A program made the translations under genes and the position numbers. From Sminthopsis crassicaudata (lineage: Eukaryota), in assembly GCF_048593235.1 (NCBI RefSeq), contig NC_133620.1, forward strand, positions 318,633,765 through 318,697,764: a stretch of DNA of 64,000 nucleotides, read 5' to 3'. Below the pieces are notes generated by a model. The model was not told the DNA's origin. It did no database searches and saw only the letters and a program-made list of their open reading frames with translations. The stretch's first letter is position 1. Each line of letters begins with the position of its first letter. Below, one piece after another: positions 24,076-39,241 of this stretch.

Positions 24076-25067
24076 CATCTCTTTGCTTTTCTGGGCTTCA
24101 ATCTTGTTTGGACCAGAACTTCAGGGCAACTATATTTTTCTTTCTAAGTTTTTGGTGGCATCCCCTTCTCTTTCATGACATCCAGGGGGAGAGGGGGAGA
24201 TAAGAGTTGCAAATCTAGCATGATTCATTTTTCTCACGATGGGTGTGGACTTGACCTTGCCATTTTATTTCATGTACTTCATGGAGAATCCTTAAAATCC
24301 TTGCAGTGGGATGAAAGTACTCAGGTGAAGACTTAAAATTTTTCTCTTGTGTATATTGGGAGGGCTCCCTTAAACTAAATTATTTACATGGAAATCAAAG
24401 TATGCCTATTGGGCCTGTGATTCAGGACTTCACAAATACTTTTCTGGTGTTACATTAAAACCCTTATTGATTTCCACCAGTATTGGGTTGAGTTCTTGCT
24501 TTCTATCCTTCCCTGCAGAAGTCTTGGCCAGATTTCTGCCAGGTAAACATTGACCAGTGTTGTGGAATGATTGGAGAACCTGGGTGTCTAATTGCAGAAG
24601 TTTTCAGGATCCTGGTGACACCAACAATGGATACTACTGTGTAACAGGTTATCGGATGGGAGGGTGACCTGGGGGGGGTGGGGGATGAGAAGATCCTTTC
24701 TCACAAACTGATGAGTTTTGCAGATAGCTCACTGGATTTTGGTGGCTTTCTACAGCACAGATCTCCCTTAAATTTGTAGCATGTGGTGATTTGTGTGACA
24801 GAGGACATTTTCCTGACAGAGAGTTCATTTCTCCTTGAGTAATTATGTGGGACAATTAAGGGATAAGCAGGGGACAAGACTTGGGTTAACCTTTTTCTGA
24901 AAACTGCAAGAGGGATTTCTAGGGGGATTGATAGAGGGCTTGTCAGGCCTTCTTCTCCCCTCTCCCCAGATTCCCTTTCCTGAGACTGCATAGTAGAGCC
25001 CACTTCCCTGTTCCCATCTCTCATTTCTTCTTCCCCCAGAAACTTTGCTTCTATCCTTCAGCTTTCA

Positions 25068-25083
25068 ACACACACACGCACAC

Positions 25084-25127
<44 letters not shown>
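25068..25127. repeat. (CA)n microsatellite
   Basis: Direct inspection; two CG interruptions. Confidence 0.95.
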
Positions 25128-25128
<1 letters not shown>

Positions 25129-27596
25129 AGGCAGGATTTGGCTTCTGTGTCAGAGAGCTAAGGAATCTTTAGAGGGAGGATCACAGCAGAAGTCCTGAAA
25201 CCTTGGGGTGGGGGATGGTGGTAAGTGTAGAGAGAGGAAATGGATCTTCCTTTGGCATTTTCCATGCAGTTAGAATCAGTCCATTTCATCCTTACTAAAA
25301 AAAAAAAAAAAAAAAAAAAAAAACTAGCCTTTCTATGAAGAAAAGTGTAGGAGGGGGGAGGCAAAGGAACACCAGGGGTGACCATTTCCTTTTGCCAGCA
25401 AAGAAACTTTACTTTTTTTGTTAGCTGCTGCTGTGGCCCTGCCAGGAAAACCACTGGAGAAAGGCCATCAGAGAGGAATACATGTGGAATATAAACAGAA
25501 TTCCTCAACTGGCAAACATCAAAACTTAGCCTGTGATTACAGGAGGGGAAGACCAAGAGAAAGAGGGAGTGGAGTGGGGTGGGGGGGTTTGTGGTGGAGG
25601 ATGTAGCCATTTTTTTTTTTTAAATCAATGGCAGCTAAAGGAAATGAAAATGTTCATGTTTTTCAAAGTAGCTAGACGGGAACCACCCAGACTTGAAATG
25701 CTTCAGGCGGAAAAGATTTCTGGAGTGTTTGGCCAGCCTTCTGTGAGGTGACAGATGTTTAATCAATTTATTAGACATTAATATGGGATGCCTGGCTAGT
25801 GAAAATGGGAAGGGGTTCTCTATCCCTTCTGTTCTTCTTTTGTTCTCATCCTCTCTCAAGAATAGGAAACGAAGGGGCTTGGTGCTGAAAGACTCATATT
25901 TTTGTATCTTCTAGTGGATTCAATTGTTACTTTTCCATCCACTAAGATATGGTGCTAGGTTTAGGAAAACCATTGTAGGATAGTTTATTGTGGCACAAAT
26001 TCAAGTACCCCAGTCCACAATGAGAAAAATGGCAGGAGGTGGGAGCGGGGAGACAAGAAATCAGAGTTGTTGGCATTAGCAAAGTGAAGGGCCTGGACCA
26101 CATAATCTTGAAGATCTCATCCAGCTTTGATGGACTGTGGTACTGTGATTCTAACTATCTCTTATAGAGATGAAGGGGCTATATCTGTGGGGGTGCTAGA
26201 CTTGGAGCAAAGGGACTTGGGAATTTAAATAATCCCATCTCTGCCACTTAGGAGCTGCTTGACTATACGCAGGGAAATTTAAGCTTCAGTTTTTTCATCT
26301 ATAAAATGAGAATAATAATACTTATCTCTCTCACAAGTCATTATGAGGAAAGTCCTTTTTTCTTCTAAAATAGCACTGAATAAATGTGAGTTGTCATTAT
26401 TAGCAACATTAATATTATTATAATAATATTATTGTAAACAGGATGGAGATTGTGTTTCTGTTTTGTTGATACTATTACTACTACCTAACAATCAAGTAGC
26501 ACTTTATCATCTTAAAAGTACATGAACTCAACTGAGCCTAAAAACCCTGAAAAATATCCTTTATAGACATAATAATAATGTAATCATAATAACTAGCATT
26601 TTATAGCCCTTATTATGTGCCAAGCACTGTAATATAAGCACTGTCCACATTGTATCTTATTTGGTCCTCTCAACAACCCTGGGAGGTAGGTAATATTATT
26701 ATCTTCATCTTTAAGATGGAGAAACTGAGGCAGGCAGAGATTTGATTTGTCCAGGGTGCCATAGGAACTAAAGGTCTTGATGCTGAATTTGACCCAGATC
26801 TTCTTGACCTTAGTCTAGGCATAGTACACAGAGCATTACCTACTTGATTAGATTAAGAGATTTTGGCTCAGAAAGTTTGAAGGTCCCTTAAATTGGTAAG
26901 TAGCAGATGCAGAATCTGAACTGGGTCTTCTTGATTCCAAGGCTCATACTCCTTTCTCTGCTCCATGCTCTAGTGCCTAAAGTGCATTGTTATGATCATA
27001 AATATTACTGAACAAATAAATTATACATCATAATATAGCAGGGGCAAAACCTATAATATTAGACAACTTGATGGGTTCTCTGACTTTATCCAAATTCTTT
27101 ATTTGCATAATGTAGCAAGATATTACATAAAAGAGTTTTAACAGTCCCCAGTGGTTGCTCACATTCTAAAATTGCCAGTCTAAATGTTAATGCCCAGAGA
27201 GTAACATAGAATGGAAAATAAACAAGAATGTAAATTCTATATAATAGGTAATCTTCATATATTCTTATAAGCTACAAGATCCTGGAAGCTCTCCATTGTT
27301 ATTCAGACTCCCAGCAGGACATAATGTCTCACTGTGTCATGGCTTTGAATTTCTTTGCATATGCTCAGATGAAGTCCAAATGGCCTTTTTTCAAAGTTTC
27401 CTCCCATTCCCTTTTCTAATTGTTGTGTGTATGTGGTTTTTTTTTTTTTTTTTTTTTCCCATATGCCCTTTGGTGATGACATGATAAAAAAAGGAAAACC
27501 AAAGCAGTTCTTTTATTCCAGTTCTTCTTGAGCCCTGACTATAAATATAAAGGAATTTTGGTGTAGCCAAGCTAAGTACATCATTATTTTTCAGTA

Positions 27597-27810
27597 AGAG
27601 CAGCAAAGTGTTACAGTGGTTACAGTGCTGTGCTTGGAGTCAGGAAAACTCAACTTCGAGAATTCAGATCTGGCCTCAGATACTTACTAGCTGTGTGACT
27701 CTGGGCAAGTCACTTAACCATATTGCTCAGTTTCCTCATTTGTAAAAAGAGCTGGTAAAGGAGTGGCAAAGCACTGTGATATCTTTGCCAAGAAAGCACC
27801 AAAAGAATAA
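27597..27810 (+). mobile_element. MAR1-type CORE-SINE
   Basis: ggagtcaggaaaactc..tctggcctcagatacttactagctgtgtgactctgggcaagtcacttaac core. Confidence 0.8.
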
Positions 27811-28128
27811 TAACAACAACAAAACTTCCTCCAGCAGACTTGGAAGAGAAAGCTCTGATTGAAAGGGATCAGCTATTGCTGATTATCATAATTGAGTTTT
27901 AACTTCTCTGATTTTCTTCTTGGGAATGGGGAATGATGACAACTACCACTCCTGGAAAATTTGCTTTCAGGAAGTAACTGAGAACTATTGTTTTTTTCCT
28001 TTCCCTTTTTTTTTTTTCCTTGAAATCCCTTTATCCTCTTAGTTCAATCAATGTTATCCAAAGTGATAGGACCATAAAGACAAAAACAAAAAAGCCCCAC
28101 TGAACCTGCCCTCACAGAACTTACATTC

Positions 28129-29088
28129 ATCAAGCCGTTCTCCAATTCATAAATGGTCAAAGGATATGAACAGCCAATTTTCAGATGAAGAAATTGAAAC
28201 TATTTGTAGTCACATTAAAAGATGCTCTAAATCACTACTGATCAGAGAAATACAAATTAAGACAACTCTAAGATATCACTACACACCTATCAGATTGGCT
28301 AAGATGACAAGAAAAGATAAAGACGCATATTGGAGAGGATGTGGGAAAACTGGGACACTGATACATTGTTGGTGTAACTGTTTCTACTGGGCTTATATTC
28401 CAAAGAGATATTAAAGAAGGGAAAGAGACTCACATGTGCAAAAATTTTTGTGGCAGCCCTTTTTGGGGTGTCAAGAAACTGGAAACTGAATTGATGCCCA
28501 TCAATTGGAGAATGGCTGAATAAATTATGGTATATGAATGTTATGGAATATTAGTGTTCTCTAAAAAATTACCAGCAGGATGATTTCAGAGAGGCCTGGA
28601 GAAACTTACATGATCTGTTGGCAAGTGAAATGAGCAGAACCAGGATATCATTATACACTGTAACAACAAGATTATAGGATGATCCATTCTGATGGACAGT
28701 GGCTCTCTTCAACAATGATTCAAACCAATTCCAATTGTTCAATGATGGAGACAACCATCTTCATCCAGAGAGAGGCCTGTGGGAGCTGAGTGTGGACCAC
28801 AACATAGCATTCTCACTCTTTCTGTTGTTGTTTGCTTGCATTTTGTTTTCTTTCCCAATTTTTTTTCCCTTCTTGATGTGATTTTTCTTGTGCAGCATGA
28901 TAACTGTATAAATATGTATACATATATTGGATTTAACATATTTAACATGTATTGGACTATCTGCCATCTGGGGAGAGGGTTGGGGGAAGGAGGAGATAAT
29001 TGGGAACAGAAAGCTTTGCAAGGGTCAATGTTGAAAAATTACCCATGCAACTGTTTTGTAAATAAAAAGCTTTAATTAAAAAAAAAAA
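28129..29088 (+). mobile_element. 5'-truncated L1 with poly(A)
   Basis: ORF2 C-terminal peptide (28166-28414), 3' UTR and poly(A); 13-bp TSD agaactta(c/t)attc at 28116-28128 and 29089-29101. Confidence 0.93.
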
Positions 29089-31984
29089 AGAACTTATATT
29101 CTGCTGTGGGTTGCAAAGATATATACATGTGATCTTTTGAGTACCACTTAACAGAGATAGCAACAGAGATTTCTGGCGCCATGTGAACATCCTTGAAGTA
29201 TGCTAGGAGTACATTCCCTGAATAGGGGACAGCTTATTCAAAGGCTTAGGAGTGGGAAATAATGGACTATATTTGGGAAACATCCAACAGGCCATTTGAG
29301 CAGGAAAATAAAATGAATGGGGAGTCATGATGGAAGTTTTTAAAAAGAGCTTTATTAGGAACCCAGAGAAAAACAAAACCAAAAAAAAAGTCTAGAAAGC
29401 GACAAGTTAACAGAACATTTCTATTAATAAGGAAACTATAGTCTAACCTCAGATTAGCTTGCCTAGCACAGTTTATCATGTACCTAATCTCAAATTCCTT
29501 TTCATAGGATTAGAGCTTTTAGAAAAGGGAGGAAGCTTGTTCTAGTCTCCTCATTTTATAGATGAAGAGACTGATAAATGTATTTTAACTTTTAATATTT
29601 TTTTAAACAACCTCGTGAGGTAGGCAGAATAATGATTGCTTGTCTCCGTTTTACAGAAACTAAGGCTTAGCTAAGTAATTTGTTCACCATCATACAGATA
29701 GGAATGTCTTGATATTCAAAAGCTTTCTCATAAATAACTTAGTCCTGGTATCTTTCCTCTAGAATCTGAACTCAGTCTCTTTAGTGGTCTTATAGCCTCA
29801 GTTGGATTCTAGCATCCCCAGAAACCTCTTCCAAAGATTATTGATAGATTGCTTTTTCTCCTCAGGTTTCTAAAATCATGTTACCTACTTCACTCTTGCT
29901 TTTCTTTTGCTTTATGCAAAAGTTTCTATTATTAAGTTTCTTTTAAGTTTCTATTAAGTTCCTTTAGATCTTAACCTATTTTGTGTGTCATGAAACCCTT
30001 TGGGAATGTATAGAGACCTTTGAACTCTCTTTCAGAATACAGTTTCTAAATGCCCCCCCAAAATGTGTTGATTACAAAGGAACCCAAAAGTTAGTGAAAA
30101 TTGAGATGTGATTTTTTTTTTTTCATCCAAATTTATAGACCTCAACTTAAGAGCTCTTGCTCAAGTTTTTAATATCACAGAGCTCAGGTAACTGAAAAAC
30201 TTCACTTTTTTTCATTCTTAAAATCCTGTTTTCATTGTTTTGAATTGATAAATATTTACTAAAACAAACATCTCCAAATACATGGTAGAAGAGGAGAGGA
30301 TTGGTCATGAAACTGCAAATCTCTATTATGTATGGCTTGCTTTTCTTTTTTAAGAATAAAACTTTTACTATATTATTTTCAAAGATATCCTGCTTCTTTG
30401 TGGACCCTTTTGGTTTCTTTCTGTACATTTTACNNNNNNNNNNNNNNNNNNNNNNNNNNNNNNNNNNNNNNNNNNNNNNNNNNNNNNNNNNNNNNNNNNN
30501 NNNNNNNNNNNNNNNNNNNNNNNNNNNNNNNNNNNNNNNNNNNNNNNNNNNNNNNNNNNNNNNNTTTCCCCTTTCTTCCTTCCCTTCCCCCTNNNNNNNN
30601 NNNNNNNNNNNNNNNNNNNNNNNNNNNNNNNNNNNNNNNNNNNNNNNNNNNNNNNNNNNNNNNNNNNNNNNNNNNNNNNNNNNNNNNNNNNNNNNNNNNN
30701 NNNNNNNNNNNNNNNNNNNNNCTTTAGCTTCTTTCCTTCTTTGTTTTTTTTCTTTCTTTCTTCCTCTCTTTCTCCCTAAACAAATTCCTACAGTGTTTAT
30801 GTCTGAAAATCTAAATCTTATTCTGCAACTCAAGTTAATTACCTCTGTCAGAAGAGCATGTTTCATTGTAGGCCATCTGGAATGTTACCTTAATCACAGT
30901 TCTTAAATTTTTAAAAAGTTGTCAGTTTTTGCAATGTTTTCATCATATAAATTGTTCTTGTTCCATTTACTTAACTTTGCATCAGTTCATAGCAAGTCTT
31001 TGTATGTTTCTTTGAAAACCTTTTTGTCATTCCTTATGGTAAAGTAATATTAATTATTAATATTATTAATTATATAAAATTATGTAAAATTATATTAATA
31101 TACCACAATCTGTTTAATACTTCCCAGTTACTAGGTACTTCTTTACCTTCCACTTCTTTCATCTACAAAAAGGACTGCTATAATTTTTTTGTAAATATGG
31201 GTCATTTTTCTATTTCTTTTATCTCTTTGGGGTATAGTGGTATTTTAGATCAAAGATATAGTTGTAAATTGCTTTCCAGAATGGCTAGCCCTTTTGATAA
31301 TGCTATCAAAAATACACTAATATGCCTTGCCAAGGCCTCTTCAGCAATTGTAATTTTCCTTTTTTTTTTTTTTTTGGTCATCTTTGCTGCTCTGATGGAT
31401 ATGAAATGGAACATCTGAATTGTTTGAATTTGCATTTTTCTAATTATTAGTTATTTGTAGCATTTTTTAAATGTGGGTTTTGACACCTTGAAAATTACTT
31501 CTTGATATTATTTGACCATTTATTAGGGAATGGTTCTTGTTCTTATAAAATTGAATCACTTCCTTATATATTTTGGATGTGAAATCTTATCTTAGAAACT
31601 TTCTACAAGTTTTTTTTTCTCCCCTTGGTAAACTATTTCCCTTTTAAATTTTAACTGAATTGATTGTGCAAATGCATATAAGTTTTATATATTAAATTTT
31701 TTATTTTCCCTTTTATCTTCTCTGAGCCTCTCTATCTCTTCTTTGGTCACAAACTCTTATTTTGTTTTCCTTGTTCCTCTAATTTGGTTATGATATGACT
31801 TTTTATGTTGTTTTGAGAGATTATTCTATATTTGACTTCTACCAGGCTATTTTCCAGTTTCCCCCACAGTTTTTATCTCAGGATTTGAGATCTTTGAGTT
31901 TATCAAACTCTATAGGCCTCTCTGTTCATTTTCCTTTGTACATTGTGTACCTAATCTGTTCTATTAATCAACTTTTGCATTTTT

Positions 31985-33706
31985 TATTAACTTTATAATT
32001 ATAAAAATATTTTGACAGTACATATGCATGAGTAATTTTTTTAATAACATTATCCCTTGTATTCATTTTTCCAAATTTTCTCCTCTCTCCCTCTACTCCC
32101 TCCCCTAGATAACAGGCAATCCCATACATTTTACATGTGTTACAGTATAACCTAGATACAATATATGTGTGTAAATCCAATTTTCTTGTTGCACTTTAAG
32201 ATTGGATTCCGAAGGTATAAGTAACCTGGGTAGAAAGACAGTAGTGCTAACAGTTTACATTCACTTCCCAGTGTTCCTTCTCTGAGTGTAGTTGTTTCTG
32301 TCCATCATTGATCAACTGGAAGTGAGTTGAATCTTCTTTATGTTGAAGATATCTACTTCCATCAGAATATATCTTCACCCCGTATTGTTGTTGAAGTGTA
32401 TAGTGATCTCCTGGTTCTGCTCATTTCACTCAGCATCAGTTCATGTAAGTCTCTCAAAACTTCTCTGTATTCATCCTGCTCATCATTTCTTACAGAGCAA
32501 TAATATTCCATAAGATTCATATACCATAATTTACCCAACCATTCTCCAATTGATGAACATCCATTCATTTTCCAGTTTCTAGCCACTACGAAAAGGGCTG
32601 CCACAAACATTTTGACACATACAGGTCCCTTTCCCCTCTTTAGTATTTCTTTGGGATATAAGCCCAGTAGTAGCACTGCTGGACCAAAGGGTATGCACAG
32701 TTTGATAACTTTTTGGGCATAGTTCCAAATTGCTCTCCAGAATGGTTGGATTCTTTCACAACTCCACCAACAATGCATCAGTGTCCCAGTTTTCCCACAG
32801 CCCCTCCAACATTCATTATTATTTGTTCCTGTCATCTTAGCCAATCTGACAGTGTGTAGTGGTATCTCAGAGTTGTCTTAATTTGCATTTTTCTGATCAG
32901 TAGTGATTTGGAACACTCTTTCATATGAATGCATATAATTTCAATGTCATCATCTGAGAATTGTCTGTTCATATCCTTTGACCATTTATCAATTGGAGAA
33001 TGGTTTGATTTCTTATAAATTAGGGTCAATTCTCTATATATTTTGGAAATAAGGCCTTTATCAGAACCTTTAACTGTAAAAATATTTTCCCAATTTGTTA
33101 CTTCCCTTATAATCTTGTTTGCATTAGTTTTGTATGTACAGAAGCTTTTTAGTTTGATGTAATCAAAATCTTCTATTTTGTGATCAATAATGATCTCTAG
33201 TTCTCCTCTGGTCATAAATTCCTTCTTCCTCCACAGGTCTGAGAGGTAGACTATCCTCTGTTCCTCTAATCTATTTATGGTCTCATTCTTTATGCCTAAA
33301 TCATGGACCCATTTTGATCTTATCTTGGTATATGGTGTTAAGTGTGGATCCATATCTAATTTCTGCCATACTAATTTCCAGTTTTCCCAACAGTTTTTTT
33401 TTTCAAATAATGAATTTTTATCCCAAATGTTGGTATCTTTGGGTTTGTCAAACACTAGATTGCTATAGTTGTACCCTTTTTTGTCCTTTGTACCTAATCT
33501 GTTCCACTGATCGACTGGTCTATTTCTTAGCCAATACCAAATGGTTTTGGTGACTGCTGCTACATAATATAGCTTTAGATCAGGTACACCTAGACCACCT
33601 TCATCTGACTTTTTTTTTCATTTATTCCCTTGAAATTCTCGGCCTTTTATTCTTCCATATGAATTTTGTTGATATTTTTTCTAGGTCATTAAAATAGTTT
33701 CTTGGG
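31985..33706 (-). mobile_element. Young 5'-truncated L1 nested in the older L1
   Basis: ORF2 C-terminal ORFs 32832-33455 and 32362-32844; 16-bp TSD CAACTTTTGCATTTTT at 31969-31984 and 33707-33722. Confidence 0.95.
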
Positions 33707-36204
33707 CAACTTTTGCATTTTTAACTAGTATCAAGATAGTTTTGATGATTACTGTTTTATAGTATATTTGAGTATATTTGATATTGATAGGTTCCTCTGA
33801 CTTTCTGCTTTTTTTCATTATTTTTCTCAAGATTCTTGACCTATTTTTCTTTTTAGATGAAATTTATTGTTTTTTTTCTAACACTATGAAATGATCTTTT
33901 GGAAGTTTGGTGTTACAATAAAACAATTCAAGAAATATTTTCATTTTTCTTAAATTGAACCTGGTTTATTCATTAGTAGTTAATATTTTTCAAATTATTT
34001 AGACCTATATTTGTATAAAGAATGTTTCATAGTTATAGTCATATAGTTATTATGTGTGTCTTCATAGATAAAAGTCTAAGTATTTTATAAATTATGTAGT
34101 TATTTTGAATGTAATTTATATTTTCCTGCTTGGTTTTGTTGGTAACATTCAAAAATGCTGATGATTCAAGAGGATTTATTTTGTTTTAGTTAGTTTTAGC
34201 TGACTCTTGATTCTCTAGGTAAAACATCATATCATCTGCCTTAAGTAATAATTTTGTTTCCTCTTTTCCTATGCTTATTCCCTCGATTTCTTTTTCTTAT
34301 GTTGCTTTACTAGCATTTCTAGAATTTTATTAAGTAATAGTAGTGATAATGGAACATCCTTGCTTTGCCTTTGATCTTAATGGAAAGTCCATTAGCCTTT
34401 CTCCATTACATTTTGGGAGTCATGATGTTGGTTCTTGATAGTAAGGAAAGATCCCCTTTCTTATGCTTTTTAAGTTTCTTTGTTTTTTAATAATAGAAAT
34501 GAGTGTTGGCTTTATCATAAGTCTTTTAAGGATTTATTGACATGATCATGAGCTTTTAAAATTATTTTTGTTATTAATTTATATTATTATATCTATGATT
34601 TTCCTTATACCTGACCAATCCTGCATTCCTTGTATAAATCAATCTGATCATAATATATAATTTCTAAAATATATTTTCTTACCAAAATATTTAATAATAT
34701 TTTTATACCTTTGTTAATTAGATATATTGTTATGTAGTATTTTTTCCTTTGCTTTGGTTCTCCCTCATTTACATTTCAAGACCACATTTGTATTATCAAA
34801 AAGAATTTGGAAGAATTCCTTATTACTATTATTACTATTTTGCAAAAACTTTACAACTAATATTGTACATTAATTGCTCTCTGAATGTTTTTTATAATTT
34901 ACGTGTAAAACCATTTGGCCTTTTTTTTCCTTTGGGAGTTCATATCTTTCTTGCTTAATTAATTAATTAATTTTTTTTATATTCGGTTAAACAATCTATT
35001 TCATTCTGTTAATCTAACTGTTTTTATTTTTGGAAATATTCAGCCGTTTCATCTAAGTTTTGTAACATATAATGGGCAGAATATTTTCTGATAGTTTATT
35101 TTAACTCCAATAATGTGAATCCCCCAAAATGATTTGGTTTTCTTCTCTTTTAAAATTTAGATGATTAACTTAAGAAAATCAGCCTCTAATTTTATTTATC
35201 AATTTATGAAGTTGAGGTAGAATTTGCATTCAATTTTGTCCATCTCTTTGATTTTCAGTATTTCTATTTTGGTGTTGCAATTTTTTGATTTATTGCTTTT
35301 CTAGTGCTTTTTTTTTTTGGTAGTTGACTGATATATTCATTTATTCTTCTGCTGATGAATATAATTAGAGATAGAAATATTTCTTTAAGGGCTACTTTAG
35401 CTGTGTCCCAAATGTTTTGATATATAGTGTCTCATTGTTAGAATTTTCTTTGATTAAATTTTCTTTTGTTCATAAGATTTATTCTTTGACTCACCTTTTC
35501 AAGGGCTTTTTCCAAAATTGAATCCCTTCATTTTTATATAACAAAATGCTATTATTAAAATAATTTAAAGTACTAACAGAACATTGGTACTAGGAAAGGG
35601 CATTTCTGTCATATATCTGGATGATAGAATAGGGATGTTCTTACTTTGGAAATGTTACATATAAACTTACTTTTTAAGGTTAAATAATCCTTTTCAGAAT
35701 CTTTATTGAATATAATTTTCATTACATTGTGCTTAGAAAATTATGTGTTTGATATTTATTTTTATATGTGTTTGTAAGGTTTTTATGTTTCAAAAAATGT
35801 TTAAAATGTTTATGATCAGTTTTTGTAAAGGTTTTATGCCCAACTAAGATAAATGTATGCTTTCCTCTTTTCTTATTTAGGAATCACAAGACATTTCTCA
35901 TGTATAACTCTTAAAATTCTACTTAGGTCCTTTACTTTTTTTCTTGTTTACCTTTGTGTTAAATTTGTCTAGGTCCAAAAAGGATATATTGATGTCTATA
36001 TGTTTATTGTCAATTTATTCTTGAAATTCAGTTAACTTTTCCCTTACATTTTGAGATGCTTTGCCATTTGATGCATGTATATTAGATGCTGATATTGGTT
36101 CATTATTTTTGGCGCCTTTCTACATAATGTAGTTTTTCTGCTTATCTCATTTTATCCTGTTTGGTTTTTACTATTACTTTGTCTGAAATCATATTGTTTC
36201 TTTT

Positions 36205-36470
36205 GATTTTTTTATTAAAGCTTTTTATTTTCAAAATATATGCATGGATAATTGTAAAATCTTATGTTCCAAATTTCCCGCCTTCTCCCCACCCTACATG
36301 GCAAGTAATCCAATATATGTTAAACATGGTAAAAATATATGTTAAATCCAATATATGTATACATATTTAATACAATTATCTTGTGCACAAGAAAAATCAG
36401 ATCAAAAAAAAAATGAGAGAACAAAATGCAAGCAAACAACAAAAAGAGTAAAAATGTTATGTTGTGATCT
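36205..36470 (-). mobile_element. L1 3' UTR fragment
   Basis: Same 3' UTR type as the 15.7 kb and 28.7 kb copies. Confidence 0.82.
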
Positions 36471-39241
36471 CTTGCTTTTTGTAGCTTATACTTACTCTCT
36501 TTTCTGTATCTTATGTTCCAGTGTAACTGGATCGTTTGACAATTCCCAAACTTATTTATTCTTAGACAGGAATCTTTTCATATTTACAATTGTTGACATT
36601 CTTGTTTGTTTTTTCCCCAAGATATAGCTCAGCTAATGGCTTCTTAGCTCTCCCCAAGCTTTCTGTTTGACTCTCTCAGCCTACTATGTTTGACCCTCTT
36701 CCATATGCCTAGCTTGTATTACTACTACTTGACTGGATGTCTTTCCCCCCACCAAACCATAAATCTCTTTGAGAGTAAAGACTATTTTTTTCATCCTTCT
36801 TATATCCAATGGCTAGCAGAATACGTTATACATAGCAGGAATTATTGCTGGTTGACTTAAATACTTACTGTGAATGGATCATATTTTTCCCATCTCAGAT
36901 TTTTAGTCCCCAGCTTTCAAGGCCTTTTCTAGAATCCAACCCCTATAGTTAAGAAAATATATTATTAAAAATGTAAAGTAATAATAGTGATGTAAAGTAA
37001 TAGTAGAAAAATAGAAAAGGGGATTTCTGCCATATATCCATGTAATGAATGGAAATGTCATGTTACACCACTGAAGCAAATCTATTCAAACCCCTATTCT
37101 TCCAGGAGTTTGATAATTAAAAAGAATTATAATGACTAAGTTTAACACTGAAGAAAGATGAGAAAATGTATATCTATAGATTCTCTTGTCACTGAAGAAG
37201 TGCTAGACTATGGATTATGGATTGTGAAACACTGCATGTAGTATATGACACATAGTTTTGTTGAACTGCTCACTTCCCTTTTAAAAAATTCATTGTTACA
37301 AAAAAAGGTTCTTTGAGAAAAGAGTGGAGAGGGATTTTTTGATGCAAATAATAGAAAAAGAAAAGATCAAGAAAGATAAATATGAATATAAGTTTTATGT
37401 GAATTTAAAATAAAAATCAACCCCCCATATAAGTAACATCAGGGCTCCCTGTGCTACTGTGTTTGTGATTTTTTTTGGGGGGGGCAGTTGAGATTGGGTA
37501 GGGAAGGGAGCATGCTTGCTGATGAGTGTATAACCTTTCTTTATAACCTTTCTCTTACTAAGTTCTGCTCTTGCTCTTGTTTTCGATTGAGACAATAATA
37601 GGTACATTTGGACTTTATAAATACTTCAATCTATAGCCTTTTAGTTTGTGGCATATTGAAAATGACAAAACTTCTCCAGTGTCAGAATGGAAACCTAAGA
37701 GATGTGGTCTTATAGGATCTAGAATGATTGAACATGGACTCAGGCTCTATTGACCTTAACCATGGAGAGCTGCCAACAACTCCTCTATCTTTTGCCCTAT
37801 TTCAAGAGCCTGGGACCATTTTCACATGGCATTGTGTTCACCTCCCTTCAAAGGTCAGCTCTTGAACTTGTCTTGCTTTTAAGATGCCATAGTTAGAGAG
37901 ATTGAGTGACAGAGAAAAGAGTTGGATGACCCATTCATAGCCAGCAATCTAACTAAGTATTGAACAAAAGGTCTATTCTTTGGCTTGGGGGTGGGGATGG
38001 ATAGACCTTTTTCTTCTGGGGAAAAATGCTGCTTTTTCCATTAATAAAGAAGTAACCTCCAGCATCCAGAAAAGTATATTATGTTTTATTGGTGTATCTC
38101 CCCTCTTCCATATTCCTGCTTTTCTCCCATGCCCCACACTTTTGTACATCTGGAGATCCAAAGCTTTTGAGACACAGTATTACTTATGTTGCAGTAATGA
38201 CAGTTTCCTGGCTGACTGGTCTCTCCACCCAGCAGTTTGTTTCCCAGTAGAGAAGTACCCTAGTGGCATTTATCCAGGTGACAGTGATATTGGCTACATT
38301 TGAACCCTTCTTTCTTGTCCCCACCCACTCACACCTGCATTCCTCCTGGATGATCTCTGCCAGTGAGTCTAAGGAAGTGAAACCTCACTGCTGGTTTCCA
38401 TAGAGTCATTACATTCTGAGCATTGCCAGCTGTGGTGTCAGGGTAATCCACTGTGATTTACCACAGGCGGCTTTGGGTGTGTTTCACATCTTACATTCAT
38501 GGCTTATTAAAGTTTGAAAAGAGAGATCCTTGATTGGTCCTCTTTCTCCTTCATGGGTTCCTTCCAATGTCCAAAAGCCCCCAAAATAGGCCAAGGTTAT
38601 TCTAATATTCAAACCTTGCACACATACATACATAGCAGGGACAAAATGAATATGTTTTAAGTTGACTTGAATGAACATTGCTATCTGTTCTTGGATTGGG
38701 AATCACTATCAGTTTTCATAATCCTTCTTGAAATGTCTTGGTATTATTTTGAATTTAACATGTTCTGTTCACCCCTTCTCTCCTTCTCCCCGACTAGCAC
38801 ATACACTCCTTAAGGGTAGGGGGTGTTTCATTTTTGTCTTTGTATTTCTAGTGGCTAGCATATTACTTTGTATAAAATAGGCAATAAATACTGTGTTCCT
38901 AGTACAGGTTTAGCTGTCTTAACTCAAGAATATAGATGCCACAAACTTATAAAAATTGAAAGATTATAAAAAATTTAAATATTGAAATGTTTCTATTTAA
39001 ACTTCAGCACAACTACTATCTTGTGTTATGCATTGTTATAGTTGATTTTTGTAAAAACTTTTACTAGTTGTTGCTGTTCAGCAACTGAAAGGATTACAGT
39101 TATGATCCTAGCTTTCTCCGAATCCATATCTTTTGTCACTTCCATATGGCATCAATATTCTGTTCACATGCCATAATCCATTCCCTTTATTTTATGGATG
39201 AAGAATCTGAGAACAAGTGACTTGACCAAAGTACATAGGTT

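Larger units (their letters stand above)
30800..36650 (-). mobile_element. Old, decayed long L1 hosting younger L1 insertions
   Basis: Antisense L1 3' end at about 30.9-31.9 kb resumes after 33707; the antisense RT motif RQGCP (ggaacatccttgc, about 34351-34363) is visible. Boundaries approximate. Confidence 0.65.

Noticed and set aside
30147-30906. 200-240 aa ORFs
   Set aside because: Artefacts of N runs and a CCTT-type microsatellite.
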